Source of the DNA: a virus
Strand: one strand, 5' to 3'
Virus record (IMG/VR): IMGVR_UViG_3300045988_174823
Length of the DNA stretch: 64,000 nt
Below, one piece after another: positions 1 through 9,268 of the stretch. The translations under genes and the position numbers were made by a program. The notes under the pieces were generated by a model that was not told where the DNA came from, did no database searches, and saw only the letters and a list, made by a program, of their open reading frames with translations. Each line of letters opens with the position of its first letter. Position 1 is the stretch's first letter.

Positions 1-238
1 ATTTCTTACAGTTATCGTCGAAAACCTTGGTAACGGCCGCGCCCGGAGCGCGATAACGAATACGCTTGCCAGCATAAAGGTTATCGGCCATAGCCTTGGC
101 CTGGGCTTCAGGGGCACGCAACGTCGAAGTGATAACGACATCAGGGTTCTTAGTGGCATCAGCCACACGGCTGATAAGATCCTTTACAGTGTCGTTGATT
201 GCGAACGCCGAAGAGTTAGCGTATGTAATATTTGCCAT
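1..238 (-). CDS. hypothetical protein, N-terminal fragment (ORF runs off the window edge)
   Basis: ATG at 238-236 (MANITYANSSAFAINDTVKDLISRVADATKNPDVV...) stays open to position 1. Same strand as, and 23-nt overlap with, the upstream gene. Absent from the ORF track because it is truncated. Confidence 0.4.
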   Translation of the reverse strand, partial: MANITYANSSAFAINDTVKDLISRVADATKNPDVVITSTLRAPEAQAKAMADNLYAGKRIRYRAPGAAVTKVFDDNCKK

Positions 239-632
239 ACGGAATTGTTATTTTAAGTGATTCTGCACTAATTGAGTTCGTGTTCATCCAATCCAGTAAG
301 TAATCCGATTTTTCGGAATTACTTAATTTTACAAAATCCTCAGGCGTGATAGCTCGGTCGAGTAAGTAATCACGAAAACCGCTTTCCATGATGGCGATGC
401 GTTGTCCTTCGGTGGCTACCTTTTGGAACATAGGTGATAACTCGTCAAGAGTTAAGGTGTTCTGGATAGCCTTACGAAATTCCCGTGCATCCAATTCGTT
501 TAACATCGGGAATTCGCCACGGAATGGTATGAGTTCCGACGGCCGTTTACGGTCGATGTATCGCGACGCTGCACCCCCTACAACCGAAGTCGTGAAGTTA
601 CGCGGTACACCATATCTTCCTTTGTCTTTCAT
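216..632 (-). CDS. hypothetical protein
   Basis: 138-aa ORF, co-directional, 3-nt gap to the upstream gene. No motif recognised. Confidence 0.5.
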   Translation of the reverse strand: MKDKGRYGVPRNFTTSVVGGAASRYIDRKRPSELIPFRGEFPMLNELDAREFRKAIQNTLTLDELSPMFQKVATEGQRIAIMESGFRDYLLDRAITPEDFVKLSNSEKSDYLLDWMNTNSISAESLKITIPYGKYYIR

Positions 633-635
633 GGC

Positions 636-3014
636 TTATTTCCTTGTGATTATCTTCGAGCGGTTGAACACAATCATAAATGAGTTGCCGCAGTAATTAC
701 CATTAGGCTGTATCATGGCGTCGTACCCTTGAAGCGCAGCATACACACCAAGGACTTCGTCGTATGAACGCGAAGATTGGTATATAGCCGCATAAATATC
801 CTTATCGGGGTCACCGACGCTATTAGAGCTAACTTTGCGCGCTGCGGCACTCTTTTCCTGATAGACCTTGAACGCTTCAGCGCGCTCCTTTTGTAAGCGA
901 TTCACCTCATCGTCAAGGTTCTTGACAGCTTCTTTCACGGCATCCTCGATTTTACCGTAGTGCTCGCGCATAATCCACCCCTTGAATTGGCGGACAGGAT
1001 AGTTGTACGGGCGCACGAAACCGTTCTTGCGCTTAATAGCATCGTTCTCGTAACGATAGCGCGAAAACACAAATCGCTCTGAAGTGTTAGGCATCTTGAT
1101 GACAAAATCGCCTGTTCCATTACCCTTTTCGGTAATGGTTCCGCCGTTAGCCGTTACCCAACCGCGGAGGTGATTATTCATAAAGTCGTCAAACTTCATA
1201 TATGACGGATTGCCGTCATCGTCAATAGCACCCCAATCGATCACTTGGTCGATTTGAAGCGGAATGTCGGTATATGCCGCGTCATCCCAATGCATAGAGG
1301 TTTTAACCCTTTTCTCGGTGTTGGAGGTGATATTGTGAAGTTCTGACGACAGCTGGTTATAAACGGCTTCGGCTTCTTGTTCTTCTTTCAGAGCCTTCTC
1401 AACTGCAGGAGATTTTCGGGCTGAAAGTTGTTGTATTTCCTTACGAGCATCTTCGACGGTGATGACTTTTGCCGAATCATCCAAAACAGCTTCAATAATA
1501 GCACCATCATCGCTTGCGTAACCGAGTGCGTTCTTATAAGAAGATGTTGATTTGTAGCCTGACGGCGTCTTATTGGCATTGGCTGAATCATTGACGTGAA
1601 AATAGATGCCTTCGCCGCAAACACCTTGTGTACCAAAAAAGCACGTGTCGTTGTACTTAAAATCGTCAGTGTAATACTCCGAATCTGTTCCGCGAGGCTG
1701 TACGCCACGGAACATATGATACTTTGATTTGGCCACTTTGGCCCAGAAAGTGTTATCATCTACAACGTCCGGACGTGCGTCGAAACCACGAGCAGCGCAA
1801 ATGTTAGATAACATTTGCCAACCTACTTGCCTATCGGTATTTGTTAATCGGTCCGTAGGGGTATTGCCATTGACACTCTTGTAAAGGGAATCCAGTTCAT
1901 CTTCCGAGAATTCGCGATACATATCCTCCTCGGACTTCAGGTTACGTGGTTTGACCTTACGATTAGCGCGCTGAATTTTAACTTGATAAATCCCTCGTAT
2001 TCGGTCCAAATCATTGAAACGTCCCTCAATGATAGCACGTATTTTAGATTTGGCGCCGAGTTTTCCAGCGTCAAAAAACGCTAAGATTTCGTCCTTACGG
2101 GCTTTCAAAGCGTCAATCTGGTCGATGAAGTCTTGCGACGTAAGATGGGCAACGATATTCGGATTGTGTTTTATCATACCATCCCAGTCGATCTTGTTGC
2201 CGAACGTCTTAGTCGAACCCTGTGCTCGGTAATTGAACAACCCGCCATTATCGACGCGGTAAACCTTGCCGGCAGCATCTACCAAACAATTGTCGTTTTG
2301 GTATATATCCCAATTGGCTAAAAAGGTGTCAACAACAAAACCCTTAGCCATAGCGGCATAATCCTTAGCCTGGGGTTCTGACACTCCGCGCATGTAGTTA
2401 GAGATAAGCGTCAAATCAGTTCCGTCGTCATACATTTCGTAATCCGGCGTGTCTAATCCAAACAAACTGTACACCTGTGCAACGTAGTATTCCGCGGCGA
2501 CGTGACCGCGGTTAGTGTTCTTTGAACTCTTAACGACAAACTCGCGACCCTTGGCGTCCTTCATCAGGACAGCTCCCGTGGAACCGCCTAATTTCTGTAC
2601 AAAGGTCAGCTGTGAAGGATCAGCCGGGAACATTTCGTTCACCTCCTTCTCCTGTTTAGCCAGTATAGCTTTGGAACGAAAAGCCCCTTTTCCAACAGGT
2701 ATTCCTTGCGGATTCTTGTAAACGCGCCAATCGTACGTCGTCTTTGCATTAGGCGTCAATGTCCAAATATACACCACGCCATCGACTACCTTTGTTTGGC
2801 CAGGCATGATAGCCTTTACAATGTCCGGGTCCTGTTTAACGCCGTGAAGGTGATCATACAACGACTTGGTTACATACAAGCTGTACTCGTAGTCATCGAC
2901 GAACTCGGAACGGGCCTTGTACGCTTCACAGGCTTTCTCCAATACGGCGTCAGAAACAGCACCCTCGGCATTACGGAGGGTGAAAATTTCCAACGCTTTT
3001 CTCAGTTCGTCCAT
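636..3014 (-). CDS. large multidomain protein with atypical kinase-like and ADP-ribosyltransferase-like regions (possible virion-packaged effector)
   Basis: 792-aa ORF. Residues ~140-270 (GGSTGAVLMKDAKGREFVVK ... ANWDIYQNDNCLVD ... YRVDNGG) resemble a PI3/4-kinase or actin-fragmin-kinase-like core. Residues ~430-515 (MFRGV ... CGEGIYFH ... STSSY ... IIEAV) resemble a PARP/Alt-like ART fold. Motif-level only. Confidence 0.45.
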   Translation of the reverse strand: MDELRKALEIFTLRNAEGAVSDAVLEKACEAYKARSEFVDDYEYSLYVTKSLYDHLHGVKQDPDIVKAIMPGQTKVVDGVVYIWTLTPNAKTTYDWRVYKNPQGIPVGKGAFRSKAILAKQEKEVNEMFPADPSQLTFVQKLGGSTGAVLMKDAKGREFVVKSSKNTNRGHVAAEYYVAQVYSLFGLDTPDYEMYDDGTDLTLISNYMRGVSEPQAKDYAAMAKGFVVDTFLANWDIYQNDNCLVDAAGKVYRVDNGGLFNYRAQGSTKTFGNKIDWDGMIKHNPNIVAHLTSQDFIDQIDALKARKDEILAFFDAGKLGAKSKIRAIIEGRFNDLDRIRGIYQVKIQRANRKVKPRNLKSEEDMYREFSEDELDSLYKSVNGNTPTDRLTNTDRQVGWQMLSNICAARGFDARPDVVDDNTFWAKVAKSKYHMFRGVQPRGTDSEYYTDDFKYNDTCFFGTQGVCGEGIYFHVNDSANANKTPSGYKSTSSYKNALGYASDDGAIIEAVLDDSAKVITVEDARKEIQQLSARKSPAVEKALKEEQEAEAVYNQLSSELHNITSNTEKRVKTSMHWDDAAYTDIPLQIDQVIDWGAIDDDGNPSYMKFDDFMNNHLRGWVTANGGTITEKGNGTGDFVIKMPNTSERFVFSRYRYENDAIKRKNGFVRPYNYPVRQFKGWIMREHYGKIEDAVKEAVKNLDDEVNRLQKERAEAFKVYQEKSAAARKVSSNSVGDPDKDIYAAIYQSSRSYDEVLGVYAALQGYDAMIQPNGNYCGNSFMIVFNRSKIITRK

Positions 3015-3017
3015 AAA

Positions 3018-4769
3018 CTATCCAAACAAAAGGGTTTCTGCTTTTTCAATCGACATATCGTCAGCGGATAACGTACCGAGTTCCGCGTTATGGGCTTTCC
3101 ACGTGTCGGGAATCATATCCTCAGCGCCAAGCGTTTTGGCGCGACGTTTAATCCAGCGGCGAGCCCGTTCAGGATTCTTTGCGTTGCCGGCCAAGCGGAT
3201 GGCATTCTTCAGGTCGGACTTGTTACGAATCGGGAATGAACCATCGGGGAGGGCCTCCTTTTTATCAGCAAGACGCTCACGTTGCTTTTCGGTAAAATCG
3301 GCCTTTTCGAGCGATTCTGCGGAGTCGAGCAGCGCTTCGGCCTTGGCTATCTCATCGGAAGTTTCGACGGGCTGGATGGCCTCGTACACGAATCCTTTCG
3401 TCAGTGCACGTACTGCGGCCCGCTCCCACTCTTTTTGCTTATCACCGATGAGATTGGTCCACTCACCGCCTATCTTGGCCATCCTGTTAGAACGGTCAGT
3501 AGAACGCTTCTCCGATAAGATGGTTCCGAAAGTACGGGTGGTAAACTTAGCAGGGTCGATTTTGTTCTTATTCTTAACGATAAGATCGAACAATTCTTTG
3601 CGTTCCTTTTTATCCTCTTCAGGGTCGTCGAGGTGCGGTTGCTGGGGAATATCCATTTCCTCGTAACGATCCTTCAGAACTTCGATCGTTTCATCGACGG
3701 TAAGATATACCTCCGACGTCAGCGTAGCGCGCGAAATGATGACCTTAGTGTCCTCGTTCTTCGAAAGGTTCACGAGGTCCTTGTTGGTCATGATAATGAT
3801 ACGGCCCGTGAATACGAAATTCGACTTGACGTCTTCCGGGTCGCCGACCACACGCTTACCTGAAGCGGCGGTGGCTTTCTTCATGATGGAAGCCAAGTCG
3901 GCGCGAGTGATAACGGAGTCGGTATCATCGAACAGAAGAATCTTACCGTTGTGTGCTTTCAGTACACCCAGCAGCTGCTTCTTGGAGTTGATGTCGCCGA
4001 GCTCAACGTAGTCATAGTCGCCGTCGCCTGGAGAATCGGTTTCAGCGTCGAATGGACGTTTATTGAGCAGTTCGGCAATTTTCTTGAAACCGTACGATTT
4101 ACCGATACCTGCGCCGCCAGCCGAGATCATGAACCGATGTTCCTTGTTATCGAGGAACTCAAGATACTGACGGTTAAGATCATACATAACCTCAACAGGC
4201 GGTTCGTAATCGGGATCCTTTTTCTTCATCGCATAGACGAAGCGGTCGTAAGCGATACGGTCTTGACGGCTCTGAAGTTTATTAAACTTTTTCTGAATGC
4301 GCGGGTCTTCGGGGTTAAGAAACCAGTCCTCGACGATTTCACCATCGTCGTTTCCACCCTCGCCGTCGTTAATGTCCACTTGAGCTCCGGTACTGGTAGG
4401 CGCAACAGGATCCTGTTTGGCAGTCATCTTAAGCAACGTAGATAACGTTCCGCTGGTATCCACCTGCGACATATCGGCATTACGGGATTTCAGTTCGTTG
4501 TAAGCGATATGTCGCAGCTGCGCATTGCCCTTGGGGTTGTTGACAACTTTCAAAAGGTTATCATCGCTGGTCTTCTTGGCCCACGCTTCAAGACTCGTCG
4601 CAGGACCCGAATCGCCCGATTCTTTACCAGTATCGGCGCTGGGCTTGGGTTTAGCGTTCTTATCGACACGCCAGTTGAACTTTCCAGGCTTGTACTCCGT
4701 CCACACCCACGGCTGGGTGGGGTGATGGTCGCCGACGTTGTGCTTTGCTTTTTGAATAATATCTGACAT
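3018..4769 (-). CDS. P-loop NTPase
   Basis: 583-aa ORF with Walker A ISAGGAGIGKSYGF and Walker B KILLFDDTD. C-terminal ALPDGSFPIRNKSDLKNAIRLAG motif. ATG confirmed at 4769. Confidence 0.6.
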   Translation of the reverse strand: MSDIIQKAKHNVGDHHPTQPWVWTEYKPGKFNWRVDKNAKPKPSADTGKESGDSGPATSLEAWAKKTSDDNLLKVVNNPKGNAQLRHIAYNELKSRNADMSQVDTSGTLSTLLKMTAKQDPVAPTSTGAQVDINDGEGGNDDGEIVEDWFLNPEDPRIQKKFNKLQSRQDRIAYDRFVYAMKKKDPDYEPPVEVMYDLNRQYLEFLDNKEHRFMISAGGAGIGKSYGFKKIAELLNKRPFDAETDSPGDGDYDYVELGDINSKKQLLGVLKAHNGKILLFDDTDSVITRADLASIMKKATAASGKRVVGDPEDVKSNFVFTGRIIIMTNKDLVNLSKNEDTKVIISRATLTSEVYLTVDETIEVLKDRYEEMDIPQQPHLDDPEEDKKERKELFDLIVKNKNKIDPAKFTTRTFGTILSEKRSTDRSNRMAKIGGEWTNLIGDKQKEWERAAVRALTKGFVYEAIQPVETSDEIAKAEALLDSAESLEKADFTEKQRERLADKKEALPDGSFPIRNKSDLKNAIRLAGNAKNPERARRWIKRRAKTLGAEDMIPDTWKAHNAELGTLSADDMSIEKAETLLFG

Positions 4770-4780
4770 ACGTTGTGCAG

Positions 4781-4804
4781 TTTTCCAAATAAATACTTGG
4801 AAAA
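4781..4804. repeat. inverted repeat TTTTCCAA-N8-TTGGAAAA between two genes
   Basis: 8-bp perfect arms at 4781-4788 and 4797-4804, 12 nt upstream of the ATG at 4769 and abutting the stop at 4805. It shares the TTGGAAAA word with the promoter-like repeat family. Confidence 0.5.
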
Positions 4805-5608
4805 TTACACTTCTACAGCGTCAAAGTCAATATCAAATTTCTTATATACAATGCGCAACTCGGGCACACCATTGATCGGCTTCTTCTTTTCATCAACACG
4901 AGCGTTAAGCGGCCAACGCTTCAAGATGATATCATGCGCACGTTGAACGCGCTCACGACGTTCGTACACATCCTGGAGACCGCCACCTTGTGTAGCTTCC
5001 TTGTTCATCTTACTCTGGAGCAAGAACCGTACGAATCGCGCATACACGATGCCGAGATACATACATTTTAACGAATAGTCGATATCACATTTCAACTCCA
5101 ACCGCTCATCAAAGTCCAACTCTAACGTGCGAAGACCCTTGAACACGATAAGGTGTGGAATACCGCCGTATTTGAAACGCGGACTAACGTCGATGCAATT
5201 CCAATCAAAAGCACTTTTGCCCATGGTGCCATATTCGAAGTCGGTTTTCATCACCTCTCGGTCGAATTCGTTGAAGAATTCAGCCAACTCTTCATGGGTT
5301 TTCAACGACAGTCCGCATTTGGCTTCACCGTCAATTGAGTAGAAGAAGTTGGCGATATCGTCATCCATCACCACAACGGGATACCCCTCGCGCAAGTAGG
5401 TATTCTTGCAGAAATTGACTACGTAGCTGTAGCCACGATTCGAGGCTGGAAGCACAATGAGGCGTTCGCGCTCATGCCCGGCTTCAACATATTTTTCAAC
5501 ATCCTCTTTTTCTACCACGATGTGGTAATCCACGCCGCCCTTTTTCAACAATCGAGTCGTGACGCATTTAGGGCGGTTTTTAGACACGACAAAGAATTGA
5601 CAGTTCAT
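4805..5608 (-). CDS. GT-A-like glycosyltransferase candidate (DxD type), paralog-like to 23500-24315
   Basis: FFVVSKNRP strand, then VVVMDDDIANFF (DxD) about 85 aa later, and a C-terminal GGGLQDVY...RWP motif shared with ORF 23500-24315. The ATG at 5608 is preferred over the TTG at 5638 (3 nt after the upstream stop). Confidence 0.45.
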   Translation of the reverse strand: MNCQFFVVSKNRPKCVTTRLLKKGGVDYHIVVEKEDVEKYVEAGHERERLIVLPASNRGYSYVVNFCKNTYLREGYPVVVMDDDIANFFYSIDGEAKCGLSLKTHEELAEFFNEFDREVMKTDFEYGTMGKSAFDWNCIDVSPRFKYGGIPHLIVFKGLRTLELDFDERLELKCDIDYSLKCMYLGIVYARFVRFLLQSKMNKEATQGGGLQDVYERRERVQRAHDIILKRWPLNARVDEKKKPINGVPELRIVYKKFDIDFDAVEV

Positions 5609-5610
5609 AC

Positions 5611-6291
5611 TCAAAATGGTAAGTCGCCCTCGTACCAAATTTCCTCAGGCGGGTTCTGTTCTATAAAACGTTGATAATTGTCCAGTGTACTTTCTAACGA
5701 TGGATAAAACCTCATGAACAACTCCCACTTAACGTCAAACATATCATCACACGATACGCGGCGTTTCATCAGTAGGCTTTCGCTATTATAGCACTGCACG
5801 CAGACCTGACGACGGCCTCGTAGTACGTACGAATAGGGAAAGTCGCGATAGTATTCCGCACCAGACGCTGTATTATACACCACATCATGGATAAACTGGT
5901 TGAACGGGTGTCCTGCGCCGAGAGGTGCCAGTAACGTATAACCGGGATTGCGGTGCATAAACTTCCGCAAATGATCGCGAAGCGCTTGTTCGGCGAAATT
6001 AAGGCCGTCATTCCCGAATTTGGCGCGTAAGTACGTATAGACGCTCTCATAATTACAGTCCTTGGAATGGGCCTGAAAATCGCTACAACGGACATTTTCT
6101 AACTCCAGGTCCAGACAATCCATGGCTATACCCAGAAAATTGTACAGAAGCCGCTGCTCTGAAACGCGCTTTGGGTCGCTATCTACAGTAAGCACCCGAA
6201 CGTCATATTCGGGTGCTACTAAAACGTGACAAGCACTCATCAGGAGATCACCCGCGTGTGGCTCGACACAGAGGTATTTTATTTTTCCCAT
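5611..6291 (-). CDS. LmbE/PIG-L-family deacetylase-like protein
   Basis: N-terminal VEPHAGDLLMSA (compare AHPDD, with His/Asp spacing conserved) and a later GAGHPFNQFIHD (compare HPDH). Overlaps the upstream gene by 13 nt. Confidence 0.4.
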   Translation of the reverse strand: MGKIKYLCVEPHAGDLLMSACHVLVAPEYDVRVLTVDSDPKRVSEQRLLYNFLGIAMDCLDLELENVRCSDFQAHSKDCNYESVYTYLRAKFGNDGLNFAEQALRDHLRKFMHRNPGYTLLAPLGAGHPFNQFIHDVVYNTASGAEYYRDFPYSYVLRGRRQVCVQCYNSESLLMKRRVSCDDMFDVKWELFMRFYPSLESTLDNYQRFIEQNPPEEIWYEGDLPF

Positions 6292-7238
6292 GGCCGTTTG
6301 TATATCTTCTCGACGCAGGGGCCGTCCTTCGATACGTCCTCAGCCATACGGCGAATTTCTGGCGTGATAGGCGGGAGCGTTTTCTTACCCATCTTATCAG
6401 GCAGGAAACCGACACGGACGCTGACATGTGTACACCCCTGACACGGACGGAACCGACGATCGTTGTTGTACAGCATCACGCGGGCAGCATGAAAGCGCGG
6501 ATGGTTCCAGAGGTCTTCGATAGGCATGTCGTGGATGTTGGCGATAGGGTACTCGCCGCGAAAGTCGTCGCAGCACAAGCACACCTGGCCGTTCCAACGC
6601 ACATCCAGTTCGCGGAACGGAAAAGTACATCGTTTGTTGTTGAACGAGTCGTCGAGCGGGAACGCTGCGCCACAGTGGTTAGCCAGACGACGCGTCATCT
6701 TGTTGGTATCGTCTTCGGCGATAGGCGGCAACAGACAGATACGGCGGCCCTGCTTGGGGTAGTAGTACGGAACGCCCGGTTCCAGCGTAACGACGTTGTA
6801 TTTCTCGATGTCGATTTTCTCGACGAAATTCCAGTCACCCTTAGCCGTATAGCAGTCCACCAGAATATCATTCATGCCGGCTTCAAAAAGACGGTCTAAA
6901 TATTCCGACGTATCCTTGGCGTGGTTCATACCGTACCCGTTGCTGTACATATGAAATACGGCTTTGGGCAGGTGTTTACGGAACGTAGCCACGATGTCGA
7001 TGAATGCGGGGTTGAGCGTCGGTTCGCCGTGCATAGCGAATACGAACTTACATTTCCACCCTACGCGGGCTACCTCTGAAGCGATACGCTCGGCGGTTTC
7101 AACGGTCATGAAATTCCACGGCTTAGTGCCTTTTTCGCGCATGCCGTGGAGACCGCAAAACGAACAACCCAGATTACACCCCTCCGTCGGTTCAATCTGC
7201 ATAGTGAACGGAGGGTCTTGTACGATTTTGTTTTTCAT
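6279..7238 (-). CDS. radical SAM enzyme with C-terminal Cys-rich (SPASM/twitch-like) domain
   Basis: EGCNLGCSFCG (CxxxCxxC) and HGEPTLNP. C-terminal CLCCDDFRG...RPCQGC. The ATG shares one nt with the stop of the MuF-like gene. Confidence 0.8.
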   Translation of the reverse strand: MKNKIVQDPPFTMQIEPTEGCNLGCSFCGLHGMREKGTKPWNFMTVETAERIASEVARVGWKCKFVFAMHGEPTLNPAFIDIVATFRKHLPKAVFHMYSNGYGMNHAKDTSEYLDRLFEAGMNDILVDCYTAKGDWNFVEKIDIEKYNVVTLEPGVPYYYPKQGRRICLLPPIAEDDTNKMTRRLANHCGAAFPLDDSFNNKRCTFPFRELDVRWNGQVCLCCDDFRGEYPIANIHDMPIEDLWNHPRFHAARVMLYNNDRRFRPCQGCTHVSVRVGFLPDKMGKKTLPPITPEIRRMAEDVSKDGPCVEKIYKRPWEK

Positions 7239-9268
7239 TATTTGGTAACTTTAATGTTAAGTTTCACGTTCTTTAACTTTGGGTTCTTAAACTGGCGTTT
7301 GATAGGCTTGATGAAAGCGCGGGTTGCAGGGTCCCAATCAAAGCCATCAGGAACGTGGTTGACTGTACACCGGCAATTGTGAACCACAATTCCATCGGCA
7401 ATGTAGCTTTCATCTTCGGCAACTGAAATATTGTACAATTTAGTGTACTTTTTAGATCTCGGAACTTGTTTAATGTATAAAACCTTCACACCACGCGAAA
7501 CTATTTGCCCCCGGTGATTTTTGAACAGCCGTTTCAGGCGGTTGTAAACCATATCGCCGTGGTTGTTTATCTCATCTTCAGTGAAGCGGAATGTCTCATA
7601 GCCGTAACACTCCAAAATGTCCTTATCGCGGTTGGAATCGTATTCCGGATCGTTGTGCCATTTTTCGCCGTCAGCCTCCAAAACAATCTTGAGATCGGGA
7701 ATCAGTAAATCGGGGAAATACCCCACAACATCGTTGCGGAACTTTCCGTTATTTTTCAAGAACACCCCTGTCTTAGCTTCAACTCCTAACGACTTACACA
7801 GATACTCCAACTTGCGCTCGATGAACGACCGTTTCTTACCATTGGTAGAATTAGTCTTCTTCAGCGCCTCAGCCATCCAAGGATACTCACCTTGATATTT
7901 ATCTTCGATAGCTTTTCTTGCTCTGGTGGTAAGTTTCTGACGATCGACAGCACTCATATTGGCATAACGAACAGCCATCTCTTCTTTGACTTTCTTACTC
8001 ATGTAAGAACGGAACTCTGTGTCTTGCCATTGCGAGACGCACTGTTCGCTCCGGTGACAAGCTATACACAGCCCCCTCTCCAAAAGAGTATCGCTGGCTG
8101 AAACGTATATTGGCATAAACGAACCGCATTTTTCACAACAAACACCTTCGATTGTTATCAAATCGCCTGTTTTCAATGAAGCAGCCTCTCGCCATTCACC
8201 GTTTGAAAGAATTGGATGATTTCCTGTTATACGACGCACCTTCCGTACCTTTTTACGCCCTAAAAGGTTTTTGACGGCATAATAGATGTCGTACAGGGGT
8301 TCATCCTTATGATCGTGAATAATCACTTCCGTAACAGGCCTAAACCTCCCTCGGTGAGTCAAAACCATATCCCCTTTCTTTAGAGAAGATATGTTTCTCC
8401 ATCCGTTGATGGTGTACACCTTTGTAGCCGGATTATTGAAACAATAGGGGTGCGTTGGGTCAATCGTAGGGAGCCATTCTGCCACCTTACGACCGATGTT
8501 GTTACCGTTAGCGATAAGGTCTGCCAAACGGAACAGTTTCGGTTTCGAGGTAGGGTCTTCGGGGTCTTCTAAGTACAACTCCCGGCACTTAGCGCACGCG
8601 CCTGGATAGACGTCGAAATACACTTTGGCGTCAGGACCGTGTTGCTTGAAAATACTTTCGGCACGGCCCACGTTGTAGGCTTCGTGTAGAAGGTAGTACG
8701 CAATACGCAGCCAATCGCGTCCCCAGTCTTGGGTAAGGTTTCCGAGTTCGCTGGCTATATACCGGGCTCCCTTACGGAGTTGAACAGCTTGAATGGCCTT
8801 GTCTTTTATTTGTTGACGTATTTCTGATTGTTGACGGAAATTCGATTTGAGTACAGCGTTGCGTGTTCCGGTGACGATACGATTACCAAGCGACGTGATG
8901 TCGGTATAGGCACGATTCTTGAGGTAGTTGAGCGCGTTTTCTTCCTGTTCGGTAAGCGGAACAAAGTTTCCCGATTTCAAGAACTGGAGAAACTGCTTGT
9001 AATTCATCTTCTTGGCGCGAGTGTCGCCAATTGCTTCGGCCAGTATTCCAAACAAAAAGGCGTGTTCGATGATGCCCTTTGAGTTCTTGTACTTATCGAC
9101 GTTGACCCCTGAAGCTACCAAGATATCAATTTCAGACTGCGTGAGGTAGTCCAATCCGACGTGCTTGGCAATAAAGAGATATTGCCAACGCCGGAGAATA
9201 CCGACCATGTCGTCTATTTGACGGTTGTTGAAAATCATAACTTTTCGACGTCTTTTCGGGGAATCCAT
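7238..9268 (-). CDS. MuF/SPP1 gp7-like head morphogenesis protein interrupted by an intein
   Basis: Removing residues 276-631 joins THPY to CRCTV. This restores the HPxCRC motif typical of Mu F/SPP1 gp7 family proteins. Confidence 0.7.
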   Translation of the reverse strand: MDSPKRRRKVMIFNNRQIDDMVGILRRWQYLFIAKHVGLDYLTQSEIDILVASGVNVDKYKNSKGIIEHAFLFGILAEAIGDTRAKKMNYKQFLQFLKSGNFVPLTEQEENALNYLKNRAYTDITSLGNRIVTGTRNAVLKSNFRQQSEIRQQIKDKAIQAVQLRKGARYIASELGNLTQDWGRDWLRIAYYLLHEAYNVGRAESIFKQHGPDAKVYFDVYPGACAKCRELYLEDPEDPTSKPKLFRLADLIANGNNIGRKVAEWLPTIDPTHPYCFNNPATKVYTINGWRNISSLKKGDMVLTHRGRFRPVTEVIIHDHKDEPLYDIYYAVKNLLGRKKVRKVRRITGNHPILSNGEWREAASLKTGDLITIEGVCCEKCGSFMPIYVSASDTLLERGLCIACHRSEQCVSQWQDTEFRSYMSKKVKEEMAVRYANMSAVDRQKLTTRARKAIEDKYQGEYPWMAEALKKTNSTNGKKRSFIERKLEYLCKSLGVEAKTGVFLKNNGKFRNDVVGYFPDLLIPDLKIVLEADGEKWHNDPEYDSNRDKDILECYGYETFRFTEDEINNHGDMVYNRLKRLFKNHRGQIVSRGVKVLYIKQVPRSKKYTKLYNISVAEDESYIADGIVVHNCRCTVNHVPDGFDWDPATRAFIKPIKRQFKNPKLKNVKLNIKVTK
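7376..8443 (-). mobile_element. intein (356 aa) with Zn-finger-like Cys cluster and DUF559/Vsr-like PD-(D/E)XK nuclease domain
   Basis: Starts with Cys (tgt, 8443-8441) and ends VVHN (aat, 7378-7376), followed by +1 Cys. Internal CCEKCG...CIACH cluster and PDLLIPDLKIVLEADGEKWHNDPEYDSNRDKDILECYGYETFRF. Confidence 0.7.

Noticed and set aside
2917-3666. 249-aa plus-strand ORF; likewise 19142-20008 (+, 288 aa), 6213-6899 (+, 228 aa), 31008-31700 (+, 230 aa) and 53228-53905 (+, 225 aa)
   Set aside because: All lie fully inside longer minus-strand ORFs that carry recognisable motifs or better context. Ser/Arg/Leu-rich translations are typical of antisense frames.
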